Positions 1-9,986 are shown, numbered from the stretch's first letter. The stretch: DNA of 38,850 nt from Candidatus Aminicenantes bacterium UBA4820 (GCA_002402325.1 DHFQ01000099.1:1-38850), one strand, 5' to 3'. Notes: generated by a model not told the origin, from the sequence alone. Numbers and translations: made by a program.

Positions 1-88
1 AATTTACAATTTGCAATTTTCAATGTCGGATTTAGGGAAAAGTGTTGAGGAATTTATCTTCAAAAATCATCTCTCCATTCTTTTTGAT

Positions 89-117
89 TTGACTTTTATT
101 GAGAAATGTATCATATT
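89..117 (+). promoter_or_regulatory. putative sigma-70 promoter of rnpB
   Basis: TTGACT (89-94), a 17-nt spacer, then CATATT (112-117). It sits 8 nt upstream of the first base of the RNase P RNA terminal helix at 126. Confidence 0.4.
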
Positions 118-125
118 GAAACTCT

Positions 126-511
<386 letters not shown>

Positions 512-516
512 AATTT

Positions 517-1362
517 TTACTTTTTTGCCTCTGCGAACAAATTGTCAAAATTGCATTTTGAAAAGGTTAAAAAGGAAATTATCCTTGCTAAAAAATAGAA
601 TCCATTTTTAACAAAGACACTTACAAAGTTGTTCTTCCCTGCAACCGCTTGAATTGGTGGGAGGTGGGTAAATCTAACTTTTTTAAATCCGCATCTATTT
701 AATATGAGGGTTAATCCTTTCTGGTTGTAAAGATTGAGATGATCCTTTGCCTCTAAAAAGTGCATTCCTTCCCTTTCTCCAAAAATAATCCTTTTTATTT
801 TGCTTTTCAAAAGTTGCATTTCTCCATTTGGTGTGTGGAGAAAAAGGATGCCATCCCTTTTTAAAAGGTCGCAACATTTATTCAAAATTGAGGTTGGATC
901 GGGTAGATGTTCTATTACATCCCACATCGTAACGATATCAAAACTTTCATTTTCAAAATTTTGCTCTTCAATTCTTCCCAGAAAAAAGTTTTCACATTTT
1001 AATCTGTTCTTTGCAAAATCGTATCCACCTTTTGAAATCTCAACCCCGTAAGATTGCCACCCTTTCAAATTAGATGCAAATTTGACAAAAAAACCAAGCC
1101 CCGCCCCAACATCAAGAATCTTTCCCTCCCTTTTTTGAAGGTACTTTTTTGCAAAACCTTCATACATTTTTTTGTGGGCAATGTCCCAGTAAAAAGTGGC
1201 GTCATCCTCATCTTTAATCTGCTCAAAATAGCCATCGTAATCCATCTCCCTTTCATAGGAGGAGTAAAGATGACCGCATTTTTTACACTTTAAGTAGGGA
1301 ATACCGAACTCTTTAAAAACAACTTTTGGTCTATTTTCCCCACAAAGAAGGCACGGTTTCAT
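517..1362 (-). CDS. class I SAM-dependent methyltransferase with N-terminal CxxC...CxxC zinc ribbon
   Basis: 281-aa ORF. It has the SAM-binding motif ILDVGAGLGFF, an acidic loop DIVTMWDVIEHL, and N-terminal CLLCG...CKKCG. The ATG lies 2 nt after the pepP stop. Confidence 0.8.
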   Translation of the reverse strand: MKPCLLCGENRPKVVFKEFGIPYLKCKKCGHLYSSYEREMDYDGYFEQIKDEDDATFYWDIAHKKMYEGFAKKYLQKREGKILDVGAGLGFFVKFASNLKGWQSYGVEISKGGYDFAKNRLKCENFFLGRIEEQNFENESFDIVTMWDVIEHLPDPTSILNKCCDLLKRDGILFLHTPNGEMQLLKSKIKRIIFGEREGMHFLEAKDHLNLYNQKGLTLILNRCGFKKVRFTHLPPIQAVAGKNNFVSVFVKNGFYFLARIISFLTFSKCNFDNLFAEAKK

Positions 1363-1364
1363 TC

Positions 1365-2606
1365 CTAAATAATAACCCTCTTGCCTCTTTTTGCCATTTG
1401 CTTTTCAATCTGAGCAGGATCTTTAATCAAATCTTTTGAAAGAACTTCAGCACCATCGTTTTTAACAAGGACATCATCTTCAATTCTAATTCCGATATTT
1501 TCTTTTTGATTATAAAGCCCCGGTTCAATTGTTATTACGCTATTTTCTAAAAGCCGCTCCTCTATGCTTCCCTCCTCGTGAACATCAAGTCCGAGGTGGT
1601 GAGAAACTCCGTGAAAATTAAAATCATTCAAACCTTTTTTTTCATAAAATTCCTTTAAAAGTTGATTTAGTTCAAAGATACTCACACCTGTTTTGACATT
1701 TTTTATGGCAATTTCGGATGCTTCAAGAACCACTTCGTATAACTTTAACTGCTTTTTGCTGAAAACCCCATTTGCGGGGAAACTCCTCGTCAAATCTGAG
1801 CAGTAATAATCCTTTCTTGCCCCGATGTCGCATACGACCATATCATTTGCATCAATTTTTTTGTCGTTTTTGTTGTAATGCAAAATTGTGGAGTTTTTAC
1901 CAGAGCCTATTATTGAAGGGAAAGATTCCCTTGAATTGTTTTTTAAAAAAATGTAGTTGACGATTGCCTCAATCTCATACTCAAACATATCGGGCTTGAG
2001 GAAGTGCATAATTGCGTATTCCGCCTCTATCGCAACATCAATTGCTGATTTAATCTTTTCAATCTCAAAATCATCCTTAGACTTTCTTAATGAGCTTATT
2101 GCCTCTCTTCCGCTAATTGCCTTTAAAAATGGATAACTCTTTAAAATTTTTGCGTTAAGTTCCTTTATATCCTCATCTGCGTAAGGATCAATTAAAATGG
2201 AATCTTTAGAAGGAAGAACTCTTTTAAGATATTCAGAAATATCGTAGTTTGGGAAAATGTTTTTGAACCCCGTCCCTTTCATCGTCTTGTTTCTAACAGA
2301 ATCAGCTTTTCCAGATTTATCCAATGAACCAGAAGAGAACTCCTCTCCATACCATCTTGCCTTTAAAGGGTTTGGTGGTGGAAGGAATAGAGATTCAGAA
2401 TTTTTTTTGCCATCAACATCAAGAATCAAAGTGGCGTCGGGGATATCCAATCCTGTGAAATAGTAAAAATTTGTATTTGAGAAAAACCTTCCGAGTGCAG
2501 GTTCCTTGTGGGAATTTAACAAGGATAAAATCGGCTTACCATCAGATAAAATTGATAGTTTTTTAACGAAACTGTCTCTTCTTTTTTTAAAAATATCCTC
2601 TTTCAT
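1365..2606 (-). CDS. pepP: Xaa-Pro aminopeptidase / M24B family metallopeptidase
   Basis: 413-aa ORF with M24 pita-bread metal-ligand motifs: DIGARKDYYCSDLTR, HGVSHHLGLDVHE and GIRIEDDVLV. Confidence 0.85.
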   Translation of the reverse strand: MKEDIFKKRRDSFVKKLSILSDGKPILSLLNSHKEPALGRFFSNTNFYYFTGLDIPDATLILDVDGKKNSESLFLPPPNPLKARWYGEEFSSGSLDKSGKADSVRNKTMKGTGFKNIFPNYDISEYLKRVLPSKDSILIDPYADEDIKELNAKILKSYPFLKAISGREAISSLRKSKDDFEIEKIKSAIDVAIEAEYAIMHFLKPDMFEYEIEAIVNYIFLKNNSRESFPSIIGSGKNSTILHYNKNDKKIDANDMVVCDIGARKDYYCSDLTRSFPANGVFSKKQLKLYEVVLEASEIAIKNVKTGVSIFELNQLLKEFYEKKGLNDFNFHGVSHHLGLDVHEEGSIEERLLENSVITIEPGLYNQKENIGIRIEDDVLVKNDGAEVLSKDLIKDPAQIEKQMAKRGKRVII

Positions 2607-2608
2607 CT

Positions 2609-2998
2609 CTATTTAGCCTTTTCTGTAATTGAGAGAATAGTGTTATCTTTTTTAGCCATTTTTATTGTCCCATCTATGCTTCCACCTTCAAGAACTGTAA
2701 GGAGTGGAGATTCAAGAAAAATATCTCCCTCAACTCTACCCTTTGGGTGGATTTCAACATCCTGCTTGATTTTAATGTTGCCTGTGATCTTTCCATAACA
2801 GATCAAAGAATTGCACTCAATTTCCCCTTTGACAATCCCTTTTTCACCAACGACAAGCCTTTCTGAGCCTAAAATCTTTCCCTGAAATTCCCCATCAATT
2901 CGGAAAGTCTGTTTAAAATTTAAGGTTCCCTCCATTTTGACACCTTCGCCAAGCATTCCACCAACAATAAGGTCATTAGAAGACTTTCCTTTCATCAT
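2609..2998 (-). CDS. bactofilin (polymer-forming cytoskeletal protein)
   Basis: 129-aa ORF. It shows the typical bactofilin beta-helix periodicity (G-x-hydrophobic-x-G repeats, e.g. RIDGEFQGKILG...VKGEIECNSLICYGKITGNIK...VEGDI). The start overlaps the parB stop by 4 nt. Confidence 0.85.
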   Translation of the reverse strand: MMKGKSSNDLIVGGMLGEGVKMEGTLNFKQTFRIDGEFQGKILGSERLVVGEKGIVKGEIECNSLICYGKITGNIKIKQDVEIHPKGRVEGDIFLESPLLTVLEGGSIDGTIKMAKKDNTILSITEKAK

Positions 2999-3855
2999 TT
3001 CTTTCTCCCTTCATAATGGCAAATCCACCTGTAAATATGATTAAGTTCCTCTTCATCTTTAAAATGTATTGAGACAACCCCACCTTTGCCCTGCCTTCTA
3101 ATTGAAACGGAAAGCCCGAGTTTTCTTTTCATCTCCTCTTCCGCAGACTTCGTGTTGGGGTCAGATAGTTTTCTTTTCTCTCTTTTAGGCGTTTCCACCT
3201 TTTTGGCAAGTTTTTCTGCCTCCCTTACTGAGAGTTCTCTTCTTATAATTTCAAAAAGAAGTCTCTCCTGATTTTCCTTTCCTTTTGCAGAAAGTATAGC
3301 CTTTGCGTGACCAAAAGTTATCAAATTTTCTGAAATAGCCTTTTGAATTGATTCAGGAAGGGTAAGAAGTCTCAAAGTATTGGCAATCGTAGCCCTGTCC
3401 TTTCCAATTTTAGTGGAGAGTTCTTCCTGAGTTAAATCAAACTGCTCAACGAGTGACTTATACGCTTTTGCAAGTTCTATCGGGTTTAAGTCCTCTCTTT
3501 GAACATTTTCAACGAGGGCAATTTCAAGCATCCTTATATCTTCAACATCTTTAATAAGCACAGGCACTTTTAAAAGCCCAGCCTTTTGTGCTGCTCTCCA
3601 CCTTCTTTCACCCGCTATTATCTCATAGTGTCCCTGACCTAAAGGCCTTGCAAGGATCGGTTGAAGGATTCCGTGTTCTTTGATTGATTTTACAAGTTCA
3701 TCAATCTTTTCTTCTCTTAAAAGTGTCCTTGGCTGATTTTTTGAAGGTTTTAAAGATGTTATTTCAACATCAATGATTTTTTTTGAACCAATTTCACTTT
3801 GAGGGATGAGGGCTTCAAGTCCCCTTCCCAGTCCTCCTTTAGGTTTCTCGGGCAA
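2995..3855 (-). CDS. parB: chromosome partitioning protein ParB/Spo0J
   Basis: 286-aa ORF with GLGRGLEALIP at the N-terminus, the ParB box IIAGERRWRAAQKAGL and a helix-turn-helix LTQEELSTKIGKDRATIANTLRLL. It has a TTG start and overlaps parA by 17 nt. Confidence 0.95.
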   Translation of the reverse strand: MPEKPKGGLGRGLEALIPQSEIGSKKIIDVEITSLKPSKNQPRTLLREEKIDELVKSIKEHGILQPILARPLGQGHYEIIAGERRWRAAQKAGLLKVPVLIKDVEDIRMLEIALVENVQREDLNPIELAKAYKSLVEQFDLTQEELSTKIGKDRATIANTLRLLTLPESIQKAISENLITFGHAKAILSAKGKENQERLLFEIIRRELSVREAEKLAKKVETPKREKRKLSDPNTKSAEEEMKRKLGLSVSIRRQGKGGVVSIHFKDEEELNHIYRWICHYEGRKK

Positions 3856-4606
3856 GAAATTCCTCCGTCATTTTAAGGTATGATTGGGCGCCTCTTGAGG
3901 CAATATCATAAAAGATGACAGGCTTTCCAAAAGAGGGTGCTTCGGCAAGTCTCACATTTCTGGGAATGTATGTTTTATAAACCTTTGAGCCAAAAAACTT
4001 CTTCACCTCCTCAATCACCTGTTTTGAAAGGTTTGTCCTTTCATCAACCATAGTTAGTAACACTCCCCTTATTGTAAGTTCCGGATTTAAATTTTCTCTG
4101 ACCATTTCAACTGTTCTTACAAGTTCAGAAACTCCCTCCATAGCAAAATATTCAGCCTGAATCGGGATTAAGAGTTCATCTGATGCGGTTAAAGCATTTA
4201 CAGTAAGAAGGCCTAATGAGGGCGGGCAATCAATCAAAATGTAATCGTAATTATCCTTTATACCATCAATGATTCCCTTTAATACGCTCTCTCTGCCTTC
4301 CTCAAAATTCGCGAGTTCAACTTCAGCACCGGCAAGTGAAATTGAGCCTGGGATTATGAAAAGATTTTTGAGTTCACTTTTGACTACCACCTCATCAAAA
4401 CTTTTCTTTCCTGTTATGAGGTCATAGATTGATGGATAATCACCTCTTCTTGGAAGTCCAAAACCTGAAGTGCAATTTGTTTGAGGATCAAAATCAACGA
4501 TTAAAACCCTTTTTTCTGCAGCACCTAAAGACGCCCCTATGTTTATCACTGTGGTTGTTTTTCCAACACCACCTTTTTGATTTGCAACTGAAATAACATT
4601 CGCCAA
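3839..4606 (-). CDS. parA: chromosome partitioning ATPase ParA/Soj
   Basis: 255-aa ORF with the deviant Walker A motif NQKGGVGKTTT and the ParA-type DCPPSLG. The TTG start is preceded by AGGAGG. Confidence 0.95.
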   Translation of the reverse strand: MANVISVANQKGGVGKTTTVINIGASLGAAEKRVLIVDFDPQTNCTSGFGLPRRGDYPSIYDLITGKKSFDEVVVKSELKNLFIIPGSISLAGAEVELANFEEGRESVLKGIIDGIKDNYDYILIDCPPSLGLLTVNALTASDELLIPIQAEYFAMEGVSELVRTVEMVRENLNPELTIRGVLLTMVDERTNLSKQVIEEVKKFFGSKVYKTYIPRNVRLAEAPSFGKPVIFYDIASRGAQSYLKMTEEFLARET

Positions 4607-4720
4607 AAGTTTCTCCTCCTAAATTTTATATTTTGCCACAAATAGAAACTATTGACAAGAAAATATCCTTTTCAAGAATTGGATGTTGGATTGTATTCTA
4701 ATTGAAAATTGAATTCTGAG

Positions 4721-5281
4721 TTATTTTTTCCACAATTTTTCTTCTATTTTGTAATGCTTATTTGCAACCCTTGCCATTATGAAAAAGAGGTCTGATAGGC
4801 GATTGAGATAAACTATGAATTTCTCATCTACGCCCTCTTTTTCATTCAACTCAACAACCCTTCTTTCAGTTCTTCTTGTAACGCTTCTTAGAACATTCAA
4901 AAAAGATGAAAACTGATTTCCACGATAAAGAATAAAATGTTTAAGAGGCGGCAAATTTTCTTCTAATTTATTGATCAAATCTTCAATTTTTTTGATTCGA
5001 TCTTCGGAGAAGTCAAGACCGCCGCTTTCTAAAAAAGCAATATTAGAAGATAATAGGTGAAGATCATTTTGTATAATGTCAAGTTCTTCAGTTAAAAAAT
5101 CATCTTGAGAAAGCGAAATCGCATAACCAATCAATGAATTCAATTCATCTACACTTCCATAGGCTTCAACTCTGATATTACTTTTTGAAACAGTTGTTCC
5201 CTGAGAAAGGGATGTTTGACCTCTGTCGCCTTTTTTTGTTACTATTCCCAATTTATCCTTTTTCTTCAAAGATTGATTCAA
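4721..5281 (-). CDS. PduO-type ATP:cob(I)alamin adenosyltransferase
   Basis: 186-aa ORF with TKKGDRGQTSL, matching the TKTGDxGxTSL signature, and VEAYGSVDELNSLIGYA. An alternative in-frame TTG at 5251 would remove the 29-nt overlap with the upstream PilZ gene. Confidence 0.85.
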   Translation of the reverse strand: MNQSLKKKDKLGIVTKKGDRGQTSLSQGTTVSKSNIRVEAYGSVDELNSLIGYAISLSQDDFLTEELDIIQNDLHLLSSNIAFLESGGLDFSEDRIKKIEDLINKLEENLPPLKHFILYRGNQFSSFLNVLRSVTRRTERRVVELNEKEGVDEKFIVYLNRLSDLFFIMARVANKHYKIEEKLWKK

Positions 5282-5585
5282 TTGTAAATTTATCGTATGG
5301 GGCTATTTTTGTAAATTCAACACCAATCTCAAATTTCTCTTTTTCACAAGGGTTTTCATAAACGACTCTTGCCTCTGCTTCTACGACTCTTGACTGGACT
5401 GATATTGTGAGCTTTATATGCTTGTTTAAACCAAATTTTCTATTTGCAATGAAACTTAAGCCCCCGAGCCCTACTACATTTGTCAAACCAAAGCCGCCTT
5501 CTGTTTCAGCTTCAATCAACTCTGCAAGCAAAGGATATTCTGCAGAAATTCTTGGGAATCTTCGAGTATTCACTGAACAATCCAT
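5253..5585 (-). CDS. single-domain PilZ protein (putative c-di-GMP receptor)
   Basis: 110-aa ORF with an RRFPRIS (RxxxR) motif followed by a (D/N)xSxxG-like NVVGLGGLSF. Confidence 0.7.
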   Translation of the reverse strand: MDCSVNTRRFPRISAEYPLLAELIEAETEGGFGLTNVVGLGGLSFIANRKFGLNKHIKLTISVQSRVVEAEARVVYENPCEKEKFEIGVEFTKIAPYDKFTIESIFEEKG

Positions 5586-5660
5586 ATTTCTTCCCTCCAG
5601 TAATAATAATAATGCAAAATTTTAGGAAAAGTCAAGGCTCAAGAAAAAGTTACTACTATT

Positions 5661-5963
5661 TTAGCCGTTGAGCGAAATAGGTTTAGGATTTAGAAAGACG
5701 AAGCCCTCATCTTTTTCGTTTTTTACATAGTCAATACAAACATTCTCAAGATACGGGTAAGAGGTAGGATCGACAAAAACTTTTATGCCAAATGACTCAA
5801 ACACAAGATCACTTCCGCTCTTTTCCTTGCAAAATGCAATCGTGTATTCAAATCCATTAAGCCCTCCTCCAACTATTGCAACTCTTAGCCCATATCCATT
5901 CAACTTTTCTTTCTTTAAAATCTCCTTTACTTTCATTGACGCCCTTTGTGTTAATCTAACCAT
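5661..5963 (-). CDS. HesB/IscA (A-type Fe-S carrier) family protein lacking the three ligand cysteines
   Basis: 100-aa ORF with an IscA-like fold signature: LRVAIVGGGLNGFEY...VDPTSYPYLENVCIDYV...GFVFLNP. GGGL replaces GGGC and there is no C-terminal CGCG. Confidence 0.75.
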   Translation of the reverse strand: MVRLTQRASMKVKEILKKEKLNGYGLRVAIVGGGLNGFEYTIAFCKEKSGSDLVFESFGIKVFVDPTSYPYLENVCIDYVKNEKDEGFVFLNPKPISLNG

Positions 5964-6098
5964 TTTTTCTCCAGATATTATTAAATCAAAAAATGTGCCA
6001 CCCTCTACACCTATTCTATTAAGTGTAAAATAGACCTTTTCTTTGATTTACATACCTAAGAATAAAACGATGGGTTTCAATAATGCAACATTAAGTGG

Positions 6099-7940
6099 TT
6101 ACAATCGCCTTTTCCTTTCCTTCCAGGGGGTAATGTAAGGAGAAAGAGGAGATCGATCTTCCTCTGCTTCACTTTCCTTCTCTTTTTCAATGGGAGCCCA
6201 ACCAACTATCTTCTTTTTTCCCTCAAGTTTGTCTAACTCTTTATGTGCGAGGTCTCTTATTTCCTTTCTTAAACCCTGAGAGGCGATTTCTTCGGTAAAG
6301 TTTCTTCTTCCTTCTACGAGTTCAAGGATGTATTTTCTAATTTGCTCTTCAGAATAAAAATTCTTTGGATCCCATTCTGTAAGGGTAACTCCCTCAACGG
6401 CATAAACCTCCTCAGTTTTTAAATCGCACTCCCTGTAACTGTTCGTCCCTCTGAGGTCTCCCCTCTGCAAAGCAGCCATAAGGTCTATTGGAACCCTTTT
6501 TGCCTTTCTTTTGAGGGTCTTCTTCTGCGTGGCTGGGTCAATCTCTATTATTTCGCCCATCCCCCCCGTATTGTATTGAAAAAAGTGAACCTTACCCGGA
6601 TATCTTGAAACAAGGTCTTTGACAATATCATAAAAGGCATTTACCTTTCTTCCTTGATTGCCAATGATGAAATCATCCATTCCCACTATTCTGACGCTTT
6701 CTCCAGCCTTTTCAGGAACAGTTGCAAAGGAGTGCGTTGATTCTCCCCAGAGATAGGCAAGAACACCCTGTTCCCAACTCAGTCTTTGGGCAAAAGGCAT
6801 CATTGTGCCTCTTCTTGTTATAAAGGCAAAGACGAGCCCATCAAGTTCATCAAGGGTTGGGAGGTTTATTGAGTTTGCACAAATTGAGACATACCTTCCA
6901 CCTCTTTTGACTTTAAGTTGCCTCCTATCAAGAACACCCCTACCATTTTCTCCAAGCCTTTCATCAAGAAAATTGACATTCCCCTCCTCATCAAGCATAA
7001 CATTTTCAAGAAGGGCTGACTTGTGAGAAAGGGCGTGATACATTGCTTCCTGCAATTTTTCATCAACATCTGTTTTAACATAGTAATTCTGTTCACTTCC
7101 AAAGGCAGAGCCATCTTTCTTTAAAAAGACAATATCATCCTGTGCAACATAGGTTCCTTCACCCTGTTCAGGATCAAGTCCCAATTGATGACACGACCAT
7201 GTTGATTTACCTGTTGCTGTAAGACCAAACATAAAAACACCATATTTTTTGAGTTTTCCACTCTGCTTGTCTCTTGCGAGAACAATTTTTGTCCCTGCGT
7301 GAAGCCCAAGCATCCCCCTCTCGTCAGCCCTGAACATTGCCTGCCTTAAAAATCCCTTTTTACATTCTCCGGTGTAATCTGTGCCGAGTGCAACATTTAT
7401 ATCGTGCTCTGGGATTGTTAAAATTTGAAGTCTCATTATATGTTCTTCGGGAATATGAATCATAATAAATTCTGGACCTTTACTTCTTTTTTTTACATCT
7501 CCCATAGTCTTTGCCCATTCATAAGCAAGTCTGTAATTTTTTGTGTCCGCAACACAAACATAAAGATTGCAGATGGGATTGAATTCATCATTATCACCCA
7601 TTTGTCTTTTAATGTGGACGAAAGGAAGAGTTTTTAATAATTGTAAGACTTTGTGGAGTTGCTCTGGAGCGTTCTCTACAATTTCAAGTTGAACTTTTGA
7701 AGGCTTTGGTAAAACAATGTGAGGGCCACTTCCAAGATACACTGTTTTTGCAGCCATCCTTGAAGAAATTTTTGAATACCAGACGGGAGAGCCCTGCTTT
7801 GTGAACCGCGCAGTTTTAAAGGCTTCTCTTTTCAACTGCCACATAGAAGGGTGTTCAATATTTTTCCCCTGTAAAACGCTCTTTAAATTTTCAGAAAAAT
7901 GTCTATAAACCGTCGGATCGTAAGGTGTAGAAGACATCAA
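6099..7940 (-). CDS. pckA: divergent phosphoenolpyruvate carboxykinase (ATP)-like protein
   Basis: 613-aa ORF that aligns by eye to ATP-PEPCK blocks. GTDYTGECKKG matches GTWYGGEMKKG, FGLTATGKST matches the kinase-1a FGLSGTGKTT, and ALLENV is also present. An AAGGAGG RBS precedes the ATG. Confidence 0.7.
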   Translation of the reverse strand: MMSSTPYDPTVYRHFSENLKSVLQGKNIEHPSMWQLKREAFKTARFTKQGSPVWYSKISSRMAAKTVYLGSGPHIVLPKPSKVQLEIVENAPEQLHKVLQLLKTLPFVHIKRQMGDNDEFNPICNLYVCVADTKNYRLAYEWAKTMGDVKKRSKGPEFIMIHIPEEHIMRLQILTIPEHDINVALGTDYTGECKKGFLRQAMFRADERGMLGLHAGTKIVLARDKQSGKLKKYGVFMFGLTATGKSTWSCHQLGLDPEQGEGTYVAQDDIVFLKKDGSAFGSEQNYYVKTDVDEKLQEAMYHALSHKSALLENVMLDEEGNVNFLDERLGENGRGVLDRRQLKVKRGGRYVSICANSINLPTLDELDGLVFAFITRRGTMMPFAQRLSWEQGVLAYLWGESTHSFATVPEKAGESVRIVGMDDFIIGNQGRKVNAFYDIVKDLVSRYPGKVHFFQYNTGGMGEIIEIDPATQKKTLKRKAKRVPIDLMAALQRGDLRGTNSYRECDLKTEEVYAVEGVTLTEWDPKNFYSEEQIRKYILELVEGRRNFTEEIASQGLRKEIRDLAHKELDKLEGKKKIVGWAPIEKEKESEAEEDRSPLSPYITPWKERKRRL

Positions 7941-8111
7941 AACCTCCTTAAGTAATTATTATAACCTTTTGCCCCAAAAAATGAAACTCCTAACTCTGGC
8001 TAAAGAAAACATAGGCCATAACCATCACTCGGGAGATTTTTTGTTAGACTCTTTTCTTTTTCAGAAGAGAAGTTCATTTTCATAATTATTAGAAATGGCT
8101 TTTTTAAATTT

Positions 8112-9056
8112 TTATCCCTTTTCTTCAAATAGCCATGTTGAAAGATATCTTTCTCCAGAGTCTGGAATTACAACAACTATCATCTTGCCTTCGTTTTCCT
8201 TTCTTGCTGCCACCTCAAGTGATGCCCAAAGTGCTGCACCCGATGAAATTCCAACAAGTATTCCCTCTTCCCTTGCCACTCTTCTTGCCATTTTCCCGGC
8301 ATCCTCGTCCTTTACCGCAATTACCTCATCGATTATCTCTCTATTTAAAATTGGTGGAATAAATCCCGCTCCTATACCCTGAATTTTATGAGTCCCCGCT
8401 TTTCCTCCCGATAGAACAGGAGAATCTGCTGGCTCAACAGCCACAACCTCCAACGAAGGTTTGAAAGACTTGATTACCTCTCCAACTCCCGTTATAGTGC
8501 CGCCTGTTCCGACACCCGCAACAAGAATATCTATCGCCCCATCCGTGTCGTTATAAATCTCAACTGCAGTGGTTTTTCTATGGATTTCTGGATTTGCGGG
8601 ATTTGCAAACTGGTTTGGAAGAAAGCAACTCTCCTTCCTCGCAATCTCATCTGCCTTTTCTATTGCTCCACTCATTCCAAGAGTGCCTTTCGTGAGAATC
8701 ACTTCAGCACCCAACGCTCTCAGGAGCTTTTGCCTCTCGATGCTCATAGTTTCTGGCATTGTAAGAATGAGTTTGTAACCTTTAGCCATTGAGATAAAGG
8801 CAAGCCCAATACCGGTGTTACCGCTCGTTGGTTCAACAATCGTCATTCCCTTTCTAAGTTTTCCCTCTCTTTCTGCAGACTCAATCATAGAAAAAGCAAC
8901 CCTATCTTTGACACTCGATAAAGGGTTAAAAAATTCAAGTTTGGCAAGCATCGTCGCTTTCAACCCTTCGGTTATTCTCTCAAGCTTAACGAGAGGGGTG
9001 TTTCCGATTGTCTCAATTATATTTTTTGAAATTTTTGGCCTAATTGCTCTTTCCAT
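8112..9056 (-). CDS. cysK: cysteine synthase A (O-acetylserine sulfhydrylase)
   Basis: 314-aa ORF with the PLP-lysine motif NPLSSVKDR, the TSGNTG loop and [10 protein letters not shown]. Confidence 0.93.
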   Translation of the reverse strand: MERAIRPKISKNIIETIGNTPLVKLERITEGLKATMLAKLEFFNPLSSVKDRVAFSMIESAEREGKLRKGMTIVEPTSGNTGIGLAFISMAKGYKLILTMPETMSIERQKLLRALGAEVILTKGTLGMSGAIEKADEIARKESCFLPNQFANPANPEIHRKTTAVEIYNDTDGAIDILVAGVGTGGTITGVGEVIKSFKPSLEVVAVEPADSPVLSGGKAGTHKIQGIGAGFIPPILNREIIDEVIAVKDEDAGKMARRVAREEGILVGISSGAALWASLEVAARKENEGKMIVVVIPDSGERYLSTWLFEEKG

Positions 9057-9065
9057 TTTTTCCCC

Positions 9066-9986
9066 TTAATAGCGTTGGATCAATTTGCTTTGCGGTGGAA
9101 CATCATCAGTTACCCACAGGTTACCACCTATTACTGAACCCTTTCCTATTGTTATCCTACCAAGAATCGTCGCTCCCGCATATATTATTACATCGTCCTC
9201 AACAATTGGGTGTCTTGGAATGCCTTTAATTGGATTGCCATTTTGATCAAGTGGAAAACTTTTTGCGCCAAGTGTAACCCCTTGATAAAGCCTTACTCTC
9301 TTCCCAATTATCGATGTCTCTCCAATGACTATTCCCGTGCCATGGTCCATAAAGAAGAACTCTCCAATTTCCGCTCCTGGATGAATGTCGATGCCTGTTT
9401 CTGAATGAGATAACTCAGAAATTATCCTTGGAATTAGTGGAATTTTGAGTTTATAAAGTTCGTGGGCAATTCTGTGGTTGGTAAGAGCATAGACACTTGG
9501 GTAGCAAAAGATAGTTTCCCCACGGCTTTTTGCAGCAGGGTCGCCGATGTAGGCTGCTTCAACATCTGTAGAGAGTATTTTTCTTAATTCAGTCAATTGC
9601 AACAAAAATTGCAGTGAGAGTTGATTTGCCAATTTAGCGCAGGAATCACAGTTAGTATTTTCCAAAGAATTACACTCAAAGCACATTCCTCTTAAAATCT
9701 GTTCGCTCAAATTTCTGTGAACCTCATCAAGCATAGCACCCGTGTAATATTTTATTGTCTCAAATGTCAATTCTGATTGGCCGAAGTAACCCGGAAAAAT
9801 TATCGCTCTTAAATCCTCGACAATTTCATTCAGAGTTTCAACCGAAGGCATTGGAGTGTTGTGGTTGCTTCTGTGAATCACGCTATTGTAAGATTTTGGA
9901 TTACTTAGTTCCTGCACAAGTTTATGGAGAAGTTTCGCCTCATCCTTATCATTGAAATTAAAATTTTTTGTTTTTTTCATTTTCAA
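9066..9986 (-). CDS. cysE: serine O-acetyltransferase
   Basis: 306-aa ORF with a left-handed beta-helix hexapeptide region (GIDIHPGAEIG...GTGIVIGETSIIGKRVRLYQGVTLG). It lies directly upstream of cysK. Confidence 0.9.
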   Translation of the reverse strand: MKMKKTKNFNFNDKDEAKLLHKLVQELSNPKSYNSVIHRSNHNTPMPSVETLNEIVEDLRAIIFPGYFGQSELTFETIKYYTGAMLDEVHRNLSEQILRGMCFECNSLENTNCDSCAKLANQLSLQFLLQLTELRKILSTDVEAAYIGDPAAKSRGETIFCYPSVYALTNHRIAHELYKLKIPLIPRIISELSHSETGIDIHPGAEIGEFFFMDHGTGIVIGETSIIGKRVRLYQGVTLGAKSFPLDQNGNPIKGIPRHPIVEDDVIIYAGATILGRITIGKGSVIGGNLWVTDDVPPQSKLIQRY

